A stretch of DNA of 64,000 bases, taken from contig DATEPP010000139.1 of NCBI GenBank assembly GCA_035273165.1, positions 158 through 64,157 of the forward strand, written 5' to 3'. Source of the stretch: Gemmatimonadaceae bacterium. GTDB lineage: Bacteria > Gemmatimonadota > Gemmatimonadetes > Gemmatimonadales > Gemmatimonadaceae. The position numbers and the translations under genes are program-made. Positions within the stretch are counted from its first letter, which is position 1. Every line of letters starts with the position of its first letter. Of this stretch, positions 35,105 through 44,471 are shown in pieces. A model generated the notes under the pieces. That model was given only the letters and a program-made list of their open reading frames with translations. It had not been told where the DNA came from and did not search any database.

Positions 35105-35800
35105 ATGCACCTACGCCGCCTGCCGATCGTCGCGCTATCGTGCGTCGCGACCGCATTGCTCGTCGTTCTCGCGTGTGCCCAGGGGGACGGATCGGGCGAG
35201 GGCAAGGGCACGCCGCTCCTCACGCCTAACGACTCAGAGCTCGCGCGGTCAGCGCCGGACAGCTTCCGGGTCGACCTCCAGACGTCGCGTGGACCGATCA
35301 CGCTCGTGGCGCATCGTGCGTGGGCGCCGCACGGTGTGGATCGCTTCTACTATCTCACCAAACACGGCTACTATGACAGCACCTACTTCTTTCGCGTGAT
35401 CGAGAACTTCGTCGCGCAATTCGGGATCTCTGGCAGTCCGAGCATCTCAGCCGCCTGGCAGAACCGACGCATACCGGACGATCCGGTGCGGCACCCGAAC
35501 ACGCGCGGTACCGTTGCGTTCGCGAGTGAGGGCCCGAACTCGCGGTCCGTTCAGCTCTTCATCAATCTCCGTGACAACCCGAAGCTGGACACTTTCGGCG
35601 GCGGCTTTCCTCCGATCGCCGAGGTGACCTCAGGATTGAACGTGGCGGAGTCGCTCTATGACGGGTATGGCGAAGGCGCGCCGTCGGGGCTCGGGCCGCG
35701 GCAGGAGCTGATCATGGATCAGGGCAACGCCTATCTGCGCCGGTACTTTCCGCAACTCGATCTCGTTCAGCGCGCGACGATCTCGCAGGAATGGCGATGA
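35105..35800 (+). CDS. Peptidyl-prolyl cis-trans isomerase, cyclophilin type (secreted)
   Basis: FFRVIENFVAQFG ... NTRGTVAFA ... NSRSVQLFINL are cyclophilin motifs. N-terminal signal/lipobox. Confidence 0.85.
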   Translation: MHLRRLPIVALSCVATALLVVLACAQGDGSGEGKGTPLLTPNDSELARSAPDSFRVDLQTSRGPITLVAHRAWAPHGVDRFYYLTKHGYYDSTYFFRVIENFVAQFGISGSPSISAAWQNRRIPDDPVRHPNTRGTVAFASEGPNSRSVQLFINLRDNPKLDTFGGGFPPIAEVTSGLNVAESLYDGYGEGAPSGLGPRQELIMDQGNAYLRRYFPQLDLVQRATISQEWR

Positions 35801-37281
35801 ACGTCGGTGTTCGCACCGATGAGCGCCGGCAGCCGCTCAGTGGCGCGAGCGCGCCAGCGAGCGAGGTTGCGCGTGTCGAGCAACGCAGCGCGGCGTTCAA
35901 GAAGGAGCTTGGGCTCGCGGATCTCGTACTACAACAGATCGTCTACGTCGTTGGCATCGTCTGGGTCGGCGCCGCGGCGAAGCTTGGCCAGTCGCATATG
36001 GTCTTCTGGTTGGCGGCGATGCTGTTGTTCTACCTGCCGCAGGCCGCGGTCGTGATCCACCTCAGCCGAGCCCTTCCACTCGAAGGTGGTCTGTACCAGT
36101 GGACCAAGCTGGGATTCGGTGAAGCAGCGGGATTCATGGTGGCGTGGAACCTGTGGATGTACGCGGTGGTGCTCATCTCGAGCATCGGTCTCCCGATCGC
36201 GTCAAATCTCGCCTACGCGTTCGGCATCCCCGGGCTCGCCTCGAGCAAGCCAGTGATCGTCGGAGTGAGCTGCGCCCTGATGGGTACACTGATCGCGCTC
36301 GGCATTCTTGGATTGAGTGTGAGCAAATGGCTGCACAACGCGGGGAGCGTGATGCTCGTCGCCGCGTTCGCGGTACTGATCGCGCTTCCGTTCGTCCAGC
36401 ATGCGCGCGGTGTGCTGCCCCAGTACCATCCGTTCGCGATGGCGATGCCGACGTTCACGCTCCTGAGCCTGAACATCTTCGGTAAGCTCGCGGTCGGGGC
36501 CCTGAGCGGATTCGAGTACGTCGCCGTGCTCGCGGGGGAGTGCCGCGATCCGGAGCGGACGATCGGCCGCGCGACGATGATCGCAGCTCCGATCATCGCG
36601 GTGATGTTCATCCTCGGAACGAGCGCGGTGCTGGCGTTCAGCACGCCGGGACAGGTAGACCTCATCGCGCCCATTCCGCAGACGATCACGCGCGGGCTTG
36701 GCTCGTTAGGCGGGGCAGCGATCGTCGGTCCGATCGTCATCCTGATGCTGACATCGCGGCTCGTCGCCAATTCGAGCATCGTCTTCACCGGCAACACGCG
36801 AATGCCGATGGTGGCCGGGTGGGACCAGCTCTTGCCCGCGTGGTTCACGCGACTGAGCCCGCGCTACCGGACGCCAGTGAACTCGATTCTCTTCGTCGGT
36901 GCGGTATCGCTCGGTTTCGGCCTCGCCGGGATCGCTGGCGTGGGAGAGCAGGAGGCCTTTCAACTGCTGGACAATGCAGCGGGGATTCTTTATGGGCTCA
37001 CCTACCTCGCGCTTTTCGCGCTGCCGCTCGTCGCGGTGGGTCGCGGTGTGAGCAGCTGGCCGCGTGCGTCATGGCCGCTGCGGATTGCCGCGATGGCCGG
37101 ATTCGGGACGACGATCCTCTACGTGATTCTCTCGGTCTTTCCGATCATCGACGTAACGAGCTGGCGGATGTTCGCTCTGAAGATTTCGAGCGTGGTGATC
37201 GCCCTGAACCTCCTCGGCTTCGTCGTGTATCGACTCGGAGGCCGGAGGCGCGAGCAACCGCAGAGTGCGTTCAGCCACTGA
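35791..37281 (+). CDS. APC-superfamily amino acid permease
   Basis: 496 aa with about 12 TM helices and an APC-like N-terminal pattern (LGLADLVLQQIVYVVG). Confidence 0.8.
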   Translation: MAMNVGVRTDERRQPLSGASAPASEVARVEQRSAAFKKELGLADLVLQQIVYVVGIVWVGAAAKLGQSHMVFWLAAMLLFYLPQAAVVIHLSRALPLEGGLYQWTKLGFGEAAGFMVAWNLWMYAVVLISSIGLPIASNLAYAFGIPGLASSKPVIVGVSCALMGTLIALGILGLSVSKWLHNAGSVMLVAAFAVLIALPFVQHARGVLPQYHPFAMAMPTFTLLSLNIFGKLAVGALSGFEYVAVLAGECRDPERTIGRATMIAAPIIAVMFILGTSAVLAFSTPGQVDLIAPIPQTITRGLGSLGGAAIVGPIVILMLTSRLVANSSIVFTGNTRMPMVAGWDQLLPAWFTRLSPRYRTPVNSILFVGAVSLGFGLAGIAGVGEQEAFQLLDNAAGILYGLTYLALFALPLVAVGRGVSSWPRASWPLRIAAMAGFGTTILYVILSVFPIIDVTSWRMFALKISSVVIALNLLGFVVYRLGGRRREQPQSAFSH

Positions 37282-37306
37282 GCCGATGACGTTGCACTGA
37301 CATGAA

Positions 37307-38197
37307 ATGGCGACGCATATGAAGCAAATCGTGATCACGTCGATTGTGCTTTGCCTCGCTGGTGCCTCGTCTGCGCTGGCGCAATCGGCGGCTTCGGCGG
37401 CTGCATGCGACAGCGTCTTGCGCGCGGCGCGCGTGGATTCCGTCCCTGTCACGGCGCGAGCGTATCTGACGCGTCAGGACAGCGATGTCTTGCCCGCTCG
37501 GGTGCGGTTGCTGCTGACCGAGGCAATCTTGTCGCGCTTCGAGACGCCCAAGCCGCTGCAGTTGCAGGTATTCAGTGCGGCACCGGCACAGATGCGGAGT
37601 CTGCGGCGAGAGACACTCGTCGGCGACAGTTTGGCGATTCGCGCGCCGGTCGTGTACGGCTGGTATGCCTTTCCGCTGCGACGCAACGGTACCGTGGGTC
37701 AGGTGGTGCCGATGACTCCGTCGATGGTGCCGGGATTCGATGAGGGAGTCGCGGCTGCGATTAAAGCCACCGTTGCGGACACAATACTGGTGATGCTGGG
37801 GCGTGCGCTGGATCAGGACTCGCTCATGCTCGATTTCCGGATCTCGACCGAACCGGAGGACTCACGCCTTCGCGTGCCATCGGCCACCGTGTTCGCGGCG
37901 ATGTTTCCTCGCCTCCGCCTGGTGGACGCGAGGACGGTGGGTCCGGTTCCGCTCGCAAAGTATCCGCAAGACGAGATCGATGGCGGCGCCGACGGCGAAG
38001 CGCTGCTTCGCGTCGTCGTGGATGGGAGCGGCGCCGCTGTGATTCCAACTATAGAGATACTGCACGCGACGTCGCGGGCGTTCGGGTTCGAGGCAGCGAT
38101 GGCGCTCGCGCGCTACCATTTCACTCCCGCCCACATCGGCGCGTGCAGCGTGCCGCAGGTCGTGCTGGTCCCGTTCTGGTTCTCGTTACGGCCGTGA
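37307..38197 (+). CDS. Secreted hypothetical protein with TonB_C-like C-terminal domain
   Basis: Signal peptide MATHMKQIVITSIVLCLAGASSALAQ. C-terminal YPQDE..GGADGEALLRVVVDGSG...FTPA resembles TonB_C. Confidence 0.5.
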   Translation: MATHMKQIVITSIVLCLAGASSALAQSAASAAACDSVLRAARVDSVPVTARAYLTRQDSDVLPARVRLLLTEAILSRFETPKPLQLQVFSAAPAQMRSLRRETLVGDSLAIRAPVVYGWYAFPLRRNGTVGQVVPMTPSMVPGFDEGVAAAIKATVADTILVMLGRALDQDSLMLDFRISTEPEDSRLRVPSATVFAAMFPRLRLVDARTVGPVPLAKYPQDEIDGGADGEALLRVVVDGSGAAVIPTIEILHATSRAFGFEAAMALARYHFTPAHIGACSVPQVVLVPFWFSLRP

Positions 38198-38219
38198 CCA
38201 GACTGCCTAACGGCAGAGA

Positions 38220-38600
38220 TCAACGGATCGTCGCGGAGCTCTGACGGAGGACAGGGGCGATGGTGAAGTTGATCGTCTGTCCCGGTCCGACGCTCAAGGG
38301 TCCGCTCGAGGCCCGGCCGTTGCCACCGACTGGGGTTGCGATGATTCGAAACTCGTTCGACGGAAAGAACGACGGATCGAGCGTGAAATGCGCGCTCGAG
38401 TTGCCGCCGACATCGCCGATGCGAGTCGCAAGCCCCTCGCTCACGACATAGAGGTCCATGTCGTAGAAATTCTGGTTCTGGACGGCGAGGCCAACAGCCC
38501 CCTGCGTTCCAGCCGGTGCGTTGTTGAAGCCACCGCGGTGACACGCGCCAACCGCGAGAAGGAACAGAAGCGAGCCGGCGACAACGTGCTTCGCGAACAT
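38220..38600 (-). CDS. Small lipoprotein (paralog of 27701..28057)
   Basis: MFAKHVVAGSLLFLLAVGAC is a lipobox. Shares a motif pattern with 27701..28057. Confidence 0.6.
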   Translation of the reverse strand: MFAKHVVAGSLLFLLAVGACHRGGFNNAPAGTQGAVGLAVQNQNFYDMDLYVVSEGLATRIGDVGGNSSAHFTLDPSFFPSNEFRIIATPVGGNGRASSGPLSVGPGQTINFTIAPVLRQSSATIR

Positions 38601-38796
38601 GCCAACATCCTCCGAGAGTTCGGCCGGCGTCCATCTTCTCCGCGTCCTGCACGTTCCCCCGACGTCGCCGGTTTGGGCAGGGACATCGCAGGTGTCGGGC
38701 CGCAGGGGCCCGTCGAACGCGTTTATGGCATTGACACTGTAGTGGCCTCTGCATCACTTACGCGCACCTCGAGCCAACACTGGAGGGCTCTTCGCG

Positions 38797-39606
38797 ATGG
38801 CCCACGCACCACTGCCGCTGTACCGTCGGGGTTTCGGCGAGACCATGCGCCGCGATGCCTGGTGGGTTCAGCCGCTCGTCGTCTTCACGCTGCTCACGAG
38901 CTTCATCGTCTACGCGACCTGGGCAGCGTTTCAAAACGCGAATTACTGGTACGGCTCCTACCTCTCTCCATTCTACTCGCCAGAGCTGTTCGGCAACTCA
39001 CCACACGCGCTGTTCGGGCCGAAGCCGGCGTGGTGGCCATCCTGGCTGGTGTTCTCCCCGGCACTGCTGATCCTGCCATTCCCCGGGCTCTTCCGGGTGA
39101 CCTGCTACTACTATCGCGGCGCGTATTACAAAGCGTTCTGGGCCGATCCGCCGAACTGCGCGGTCGGCGAGCCGCGCAAGTCGTATCTTGGCGAGCGCAG
39201 CTTCCCGCTGATCGTGCAGAACATCCACCGCTATTTCATGTACGTCGCGTTGCTCTTCCTCGTCATCCTCGCGTCGGACGTGTGGAAGGCGCTCTGGTTC
39301 ACGCGTCCGGATGGCGGACGGGAGTTCGGGATCGGCGTCGGCACCCTCGTCCTCGCGGCGAACCTCGTCTTCCTGAGCTGTTACACCCTCGGCTGTCACT
39401 CCTTCCGGCACATCGTCGGTGGCTTTCACGACGAGCTGTCGAAGCATCGCACGCAGCAGGTGGCGTATGACTGCTCGAGTTGTCTGAACCGCTGGCACAT
39501 GCGCTGGGCGTGGACGAGCCTGTTCTCGGTCGCCTTCTGCGACGTGTACGTGCGCCTGTGCGCGATGGGAGTGTGGCACGACTTCCGGATTCTCGGTGGA
39601 CGGTGA
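38797..39606 (+). CDS. Succinate dehydrogenase/fumarate reductase membrane anchor subunit
   Basis: 269-aa polytopic protein immediately upstream of sdhA/sdhB. Conserved His residues lie in TM helices. Assigned by context. Confidence 0.6.
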   Translation: MAHAPLPLYRRGFGETMRRDAWWVQPLVVFTLLTSFIVYATWAAFQNANYWYGSYLSPFYSPELFGNSPHALFGPKPAWWPSWLVFSPALLILPFPGLFRVTCYYYRGAYYKAFWADPPNCAVGEPRKSYLGERSFPLIVQNIHRYFMYVALLFLVILASDVWKALWFTRPDGGREFGIGVGTLVLAANLVFLSCYTLGCHSFRHIVGGFHDELSKHRTQQVAYDCSSCLNRWHMRWAWTSLFSVAFCDVYVRLCAMGVWHDFRILGGR

Positions 39607-39622
39607 CCGGTGATCGGCGATA

Positions 39623-41437
39623 ATGAGTGAATACGAAACCATAGAGCACGACGTTCTCGTCATTGGCGCCGGGGGCGCTGGTCTGCGCGCGGCGATCGAG
39701 GCGGCGGCGAGCGGCGTGCGCGTCGGACTCGTGTGCAAGTCGCTCCTCGGCAAGGCGCACACGGTGATGGCCGAAGGTGGCGCGGCAGCGGCGATGGGAA
39801 ATGTCGACGATCGCGACAACTGGCGCGTGCACTTCGCCGACACCATGCGTGGTGGGCAGTACGTCAACAACTGGCGCATGGCCGAGCTGCATGCCAAGGA
39901 AGCGCCGGACCGCATTCGCGAGCTCGAGGCGTGGGGCGCGCTGTTCGATCGCACGCCGGACGGTCGCATCCTGCAACGCAACTTTGGTGGTCATCGGTAT
40001 CCGCGGCTCGCGCACGTCGGCGACCGCACGGGGCTCGAGATGATCCGCACGTTGCAGGATCACGGCATCCATCGCGGCATCGACGTCCACATGGAGTGCA
40101 CCGTCGTCCGGTTGCTGAAGGACGGGGACCGCGTTGCCGGCGCGTTCGGCTACGATCGCGAGCGCGGCCGCTTCCGTCTCTTCCGGGCGCGCTCGGTCGT
40201 GCTCGCGACGGGCGGTGTCGGGCGGGCATTCAAGATCACGTCGAACAGCTGGGAGTACACCGGCGATGGACATGCGCTCGCCTATCGCGCGGGCGCGGCG
40301 CTGCAGGACATGGAATTCGTGCAGTTCCATCCGACGGGAATGATCTGGCCGCCGAGCGTGCGCGGGATTCTCGTGACGGAGGGCGTGCGCGGAGAGGGCG
40401 GCGTGCTGCGGAACCGGGACGGCAAGCGGTTCATGTTCGAGAACATTCCAGAGAATTACCGCTCGCAGACGGCGGACAACCCCGAAGAGGGATGGCGCTA
40501 CACGCAGGGTGACAAGGACGCGCGGCGTCCGCCCGAGCTGCTGACGCGAGATCACGTCGCGCGCATGATCGTGCGCGAGGTAAAGGAAGGTCGCGGCTCA
40601 CCGCATGGCGGGGTGTTCCTCGACATCTCGTGGATCAAGGAGAAGCTGCCTAACGCGGCGGAGCACATCAAGAAGAAGCTGCCGAGCATGTACCATCAGT
40701 TCATGCAGCTCGCGGGAATCGACATCACGCAGGGGCCGATGGAGATCGGACCGACGACGCACTACATCATGGGCGGAATCCGCGTCGACGGAGACAGCCA
40801 GATGTCGACGGTGCCAGGGCTCTTCGCGTGCGGTGAATGCGCCGCTGGGCTCCATGGCGCGAACCGCCTCGGCGGCAATTCACTGTCGGACTTACTGGTG
40901 TTCGGAAAGCGCGCCGGCGAGCACGCGGCGCGCTTCGCGCGCGAGAACGGCACGTGCGCGATCAACGAGCGCGACGTGACGGCCGCGGCTCGGCAGGCGC
41001 TCGCGCCGTTCGAGCGCAGCGGTTCCGCGGACGGTCCGTATCAGGTGCAGGAAGCGTTGCAGGAGAACATGCAGGATCTCGTGGGCATCGTCCGCACCGA
41101 GCACGAGATGGAACAGGCGGTCGCATGCATCGATTCGTTGAAACGTCGCGCGGCGACGGTCGCGGTCCGTGGCAACCGGGAATACAACCCTGGCTGGCAC
41201 ACCGCGCTCGACCTGGACAATCTGCTGGTCGTGTCCGAGGCGATCGCCCGATCGGCGCTGGCACGGCGCGAAAGTCGGGGCGGGCACTTCCGCGACGATT
41301 TCCCGGACAAGGATCCTTCCTTTGGCACGTTCAACTTCGTCGTACAACAGGAGGGAGACGGCTCGATGCGTTTGTCTCGTGAGGCGTTGTCGCCGATGCC
41401 GCCGGAGTTGTCGGCCGTGATCGAGGAGATGAAATGA
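39623..41437 (+). CDS. sdhA: Succinate dehydrogenase/fumarate reductase flavoprotein subunit
   Basis: DVLVIGAGGAGLRAA FAD fold, HPTG and RLGGNSL motifs. 604 aa. Confidence 0.9.
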   Translation: MSEYETIEHDVLVIGAGGAGLRAAIEAAASGVRVGLVCKSLLGKAHTVMAEGGAAAAMGNVDDRDNWRVHFADTMRGGQYVNNWRMAELHAKEAPDRIRELEAWGALFDRTPDGRILQRNFGGHRYPRLAHVGDRTGLEMIRTLQDHGIHRGIDVHMECTVVRLLKDGDRVAGAFGYDRERGRFRLFRARSVVLATGGVGRAFKITSNSWEYTGDGHALAYRAGAALQDMEFVQFHPTGMIWPPSVRGILVTEGVRGEGGVLRNRDGKRFMFENIPENYRSQTADNPEEGWRYTQGDKDARRPPELLTRDHVARMIVREVKEGRGSPHGGVFLDISWIKEKLPNAAEHIKKKLPSMYHQFMQLAGIDITQGPMEIGPTTHYIMGGIRVDGDSQMSTVPGLFACGECAAGLHGANRLGGNSLSDLLVFGKRAGEHAARFARENGTCAINERDVTAAARQALAPFERSGSADGPYQVQEALQENMQDLVGIVRTEHEMEQAVACIDSLKRRAATVAVRGNREYNPGWHTALDLDNLLVVSEAIARSALARRESRGGHFRDDFPDKDPSFGTFNFVVQQEGDGSMRLSREALSPMPPELSAVIEEMK

Positions 41438-42339
41438 CGGAGAGTGCAGCACCGGCGAAGGCTGGCGCAGGGCGCGCGACTTCCGGGCCCGTGTCGCATG
41501 CGGTCGACGCCTACACCGCCGCGCAGTCGGCGCAGGACGCGGCCGCGGCGCATAGCACGCGCACGTTCAAGATCTGGCGTGGCGAGGGAGGGACGGGGCA
41601 ATTCGTCGATTTCACGACGGACGTCGTCGAAGGCATGGTGGTGCTCGACGCCGTGCACGAGATCCAGGCGAAGCAGGCAAACGATCTGGCGGTGCGATGG
41701 AACTGCAAGGCGGGCAAATGCGGATCGTGCTCCGCGGAGATCAACGGTTCGCCGAAGCTGATGTGCATGACGCGTCTCGATCAGTTGCCCGAGGACAAGC
41801 CAGTCACCGTCGAGCCGATGCGTGCCTTCCCGCACGTCCGCGATCTCGTCACCGACGTCTCGTGGAACTTCCGCGTGAAGCAGAAGATCACGCCCTTCTC
41901 GCCGCGCACGCCCGATGCGCCCGACGGCACCTGGCGTATGTATCAGCGTGACGTCGACCGCGTGCAGGAGTTCCGGAAGTGCATCGAGTGCTTCCTCTGT
42001 CAGGACGTCTGCCATGTCCTGCGCGACCATCACAAGCACGAGGAGTTCATCGGGCCGAGATTCCTGGTCTACGTGGCGGCGCTGGAGATGCATCCACTCG
42101 ACACGGCGGATCGCGTTCCGGAGCTGCGGAAGGACGACGGGATCGGGTACTGCAACATCACGAAGTGTTGCACGAAAGTCTGTCCGGAGCACATCACGAT
42201 CACGGACAACGCGATCATTCCGTTAAAGGAGCGCGTCGTCGACGAGTTCTTCGATCCGCTCGGCAAGCTCGTGAAAATCTTCTCGCGACGTAGCAAGCCG
42301 GACACCGCGCGACCGGAGGCGCGGAAGCCAGAGAGGTAA
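41434..42339 (+). CDS. sdhB: Succinate dehydrogenase/fumarate reductase iron-sulfur subunit
   Basis: 2Fe-2S CKAGKCGSC...C and 4Fe-4S CIECFLCQDVC / C..C...CP clusters. ATGA overlap with sdhA. Confidence 0.9.
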   Translation: MTESAAPAKAGAGRATSGPVSHAVDAYTAAQSAQDAAAAHSTRTFKIWRGEGGTGQFVDFTTDVVEGMVVLDAVHEIQAKQANDLAVRWNCKAGKCGSCSAEINGSPKLMCMTRLDQLPEDKPVTVEPMRAFPHVRDLVTDVSWNFRVKQKITPFSPRTPDAPDGTWRMYQRDVDRVQEFRKCIECFLCQDVCHVLRDHHKHEEFIGPRFLVYVAALEMHPLDTADRVPELRKDDGIGYCNITKCCTKVCPEHITITDNAIIPLKERVVDEFFDPLGKLVKIFSRRSKPDTARPEARKPER

Positions 42340-42342
42340 CCG

Positions 42343-42843
42343 ATGCAACTGAAGCCGATCTCGAGAGAGGGCGTACCGGCCGCGCTGCAGAAGGCGGAGC
42401 GCTACCGACTGCTGAATGATTCATCCGCGGCAGAGAGTATCTGTCTCGACATTCTGCAGGTCGAACCGGAGAACCAGAGTGCCCTCGTGACGCTGCTGCT
42501 CTCGATCACCGATCAATTCGGCGAGGAGCTGCCGGACGGGGTGCATCGCGCGCGGGACGTGCTGCCGCGGCTCAAGGACGACTACAAACGCGCGTATTAT
42601 GCCGGAATCATCTGCGAGCGGCGCGCCAAGGCGCTGCTCCATCGCGCATCGTTAGGCGCCGCGGACGTGGCGGTGGAGTGGTTCCGGGAAGCGATGTCGT
42701 GGTACGAGCGAGCGGAGTCGCTGCGCCCGGCCGGCAATGACGAAGCCATCCTGCGGTGGAATACGTGCGTCCGGCTGCTCGGCCGTCACGAGCCGAGCGG
42801 TCGATCGGCACCCCGCGAGTACGAGCCGGCACTCGAGGAGTGA
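42343..42843 (+). CDS. Hypothetical helical (TPR-like) protein in the sdh operon
   Basis: Starts 3 nt after the sdhB stop. 166 aa, helical repeats. Confidence 0.5.
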   Translation: MQLKPISREGVPAALQKAERYRLLNDSSAAESICLDILQVEPENQSALVTLLLSITDQFGEELPDGVHRARDVLPRLKDDYKRAYYAGIICERRAKALLHRASLGAADVAVEWFREAMSWYERAESLRPAGNDEAILRWNTCVRLLGRHEPSGRSAPREYEPALEE

Positions 42844-42849
42844 GCTGCC

Positions 42850-42873
42850 GGGCGAGGGACGCGGGAAACGGGG
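42850..42873 (+). repeat. G-quadruplex-type motif related to the (GGGACGC)n repeats
   Basis: GGGcgaGGGacgcGGGaaacGGGG, read directly, lies between convergent genes. Confidence 0.6.
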
Positions 42874-42907
42874 CGCGTGAGCAAACGCTAATCCACGCGA
42901 CCGGTTG

Positions 42908-43882
42908 CTAGAACTGGACCCGTTTGGGCGTGTACGGCTCGTCGAGGGCGACGATCTCCTCTGGCGTCAGCTTGAGATCGATTGCGCGCAATGAAGACTC
43001 GAGCTGCTCGATTCGGGTCGCGCCGACGATCGGCGCGGTAACGCCGGGTCGCGCGAGCAACCATGAAAGCCCCACTTCGGCCATCGTGGTGCCGCGCTCG
43101 GCCGCGATGCGTTCAACCGCATCGACGATCGACCAATCGACATTCCCGGCGTAGAGCTTGTCGGCGTAGGGATCGTTGCTCGAGCGCGTCGTGCCGCGCG
43201 CCTCGGTCTCGCGTCGAGGACGAGCAACGAAGCCGCGAGCCAGGGGCGACCATGGGATGATGCCTAATCCCTCCGCGAGACAGAGTGGAATCATCTCCCT
43301 CTCTTCCTCGCGGTAGAGCAAGTTGTAATGATTCTGCATCGAGACGAATCGCGCCCAGCCGTGGCGCTCGGAGAGACTGAGCGCGCGCATCAATTGCCAC
43401 GCATAACCCGAGCTGGCGCCGATGTACCGCACCTTACCCTGATGGATGAGCAAGTCGAGCGCGGCGAGCGTCTCGTCCATCGGGACGGCGGCGTCGAAGC
43501 GATGGATCTGATAGAGGTCGATCGTTTCTATCCCGAGCCGACGCAGGCTTGCCTCGCAGGCCTGGACGATGTGTTTCCGGGAGAGCCCGCCCATGTTCGG
43601 CCGTTGGCTCATCGGGTAAAACACCTTCGTGGCGACGACGATCTCCTCGCGCAACGCCATGTCGCGGAGGGCGCGGCCCGTCACTTCCTCGCTCGCGCCT
43701 AACGAATACATGTCGGCTGTGTCGAAGAAGTTGATTCCCCGCTCGATGGCGAGCCGGAAGAAGGGCCGCGCCGCGTCCTCGTCCAGTACCCATGGCCGCC
43801 ATCGCGACGTGCCATAGCTCATGCAGCCGAGGCAGAGCCGAGAGACGGTAAGGCCGGTCCGGCCGAGGGTCGTGTACTCCAT
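42908..43882 (-). CDS. Aldo/keto reductase
   Basis: MEYTTLGRTGLTVSRLCLGCMSYG ... GINFFDTADMY ... is the AKR signature. Confidence 0.85.
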   Translation of the reverse strand: MEYTTLGRTGLTVSRLCLGCMSYGTSRWRPWVLDEDAARPFFRLAIERGINFFDTADMYSLGASEEVTGRALRDMALREEIVVATKVFYPMSQRPNMGGLSRKHIVQACEASLRRLGIETIDLYQIHRFDAAVPMDETLAALDLLIHQGKVRYIGASSGYAWQLMRALSLSERHGWARFVSMQNHYNLLYREEEREMIPLCLAEGLGIIPWSPLARGFVARPRRETEARGTTRSSNDPYADKLYAGNVDWSIVDAVERIAAERGTTMAEVGLSWLLARPGVTAPIVGATRIEQLESSLRAIDLKLTPEEIVALDEPYTPKRVQF

Positions 43883-43889
43883 CGAGGCG

Positions 43890-44282
43890 TCAGGCCGCGG
43901 CAAGTTGACTGGTGCAGTACGCACACCGGGTCGCGCGGGCGTCGATCGCCTGGCGGCAGAACGGACACTCGCGCGTCGCCGGCTTCTCGTCTCCCTTCGG
44001 CGGTTTGATGAGGGCCAGCGTTAGGCGCCAACAGATCAGGCCGACAATCACGAACTTCAGTAGCACGCTCAGGAAATGGCCATAAGTGAACTGGACCGGT
44101 CCCGACGAGGGGAAGCGCAGATCCTGCCATGCCTTGGTTGGAGCGACTGCATTCACGATCGGCATGATGAAGTCGTTCACGAGCCCCTGAACGACATCGT
44201 TCGTTGCGGCGCCGATCACAACGGCGATGGCAAGCGCCAGCATATTCTGTTTGATGAGGAACGCCCTGAATTCTCTCAGCAT
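43890..44282 (-). CDS. mscL: Large-conductance mechanosensitive channel MscL with C-terminal CxxC...CxxC tail
   Basis: MLREFRAFLIKQNMLALAIAVVIGAA...FIMPIV is the MscL N-terminus. The C-terminus is CPFCRQAIDARATRCAYC. Confidence 0.85.
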   Translation of the reverse strand: MLREFRAFLIKQNMLALAIAVVIGAATNDVVQGLVNDFIMPIVNAVAPTKAWQDLRFPSSGPVQFTYGHFLSVLLKFVIVGLICWRLTLALIKPPKGDEKPATRECPFCRQAIDARATRCAYCTSQLAAA

Positions 44283-44471
44283 GGCTCGCTCCGCCGGTTA
44301 ACGTACCGGTCCGTTGGGGAATCCAGCCATTTCCACTCGAAGGCCGGATAGATACTAGCACGGTTGGCCCTGCGTGCGCTTGCGCGGCGGATGAGCGGAG
44401 CGCAAGCTTGGCGGCAGCCCACGGTCGACCGAGCGTGATCGGCGTTTCAAAGGGGAACCGATAGACGGGGA

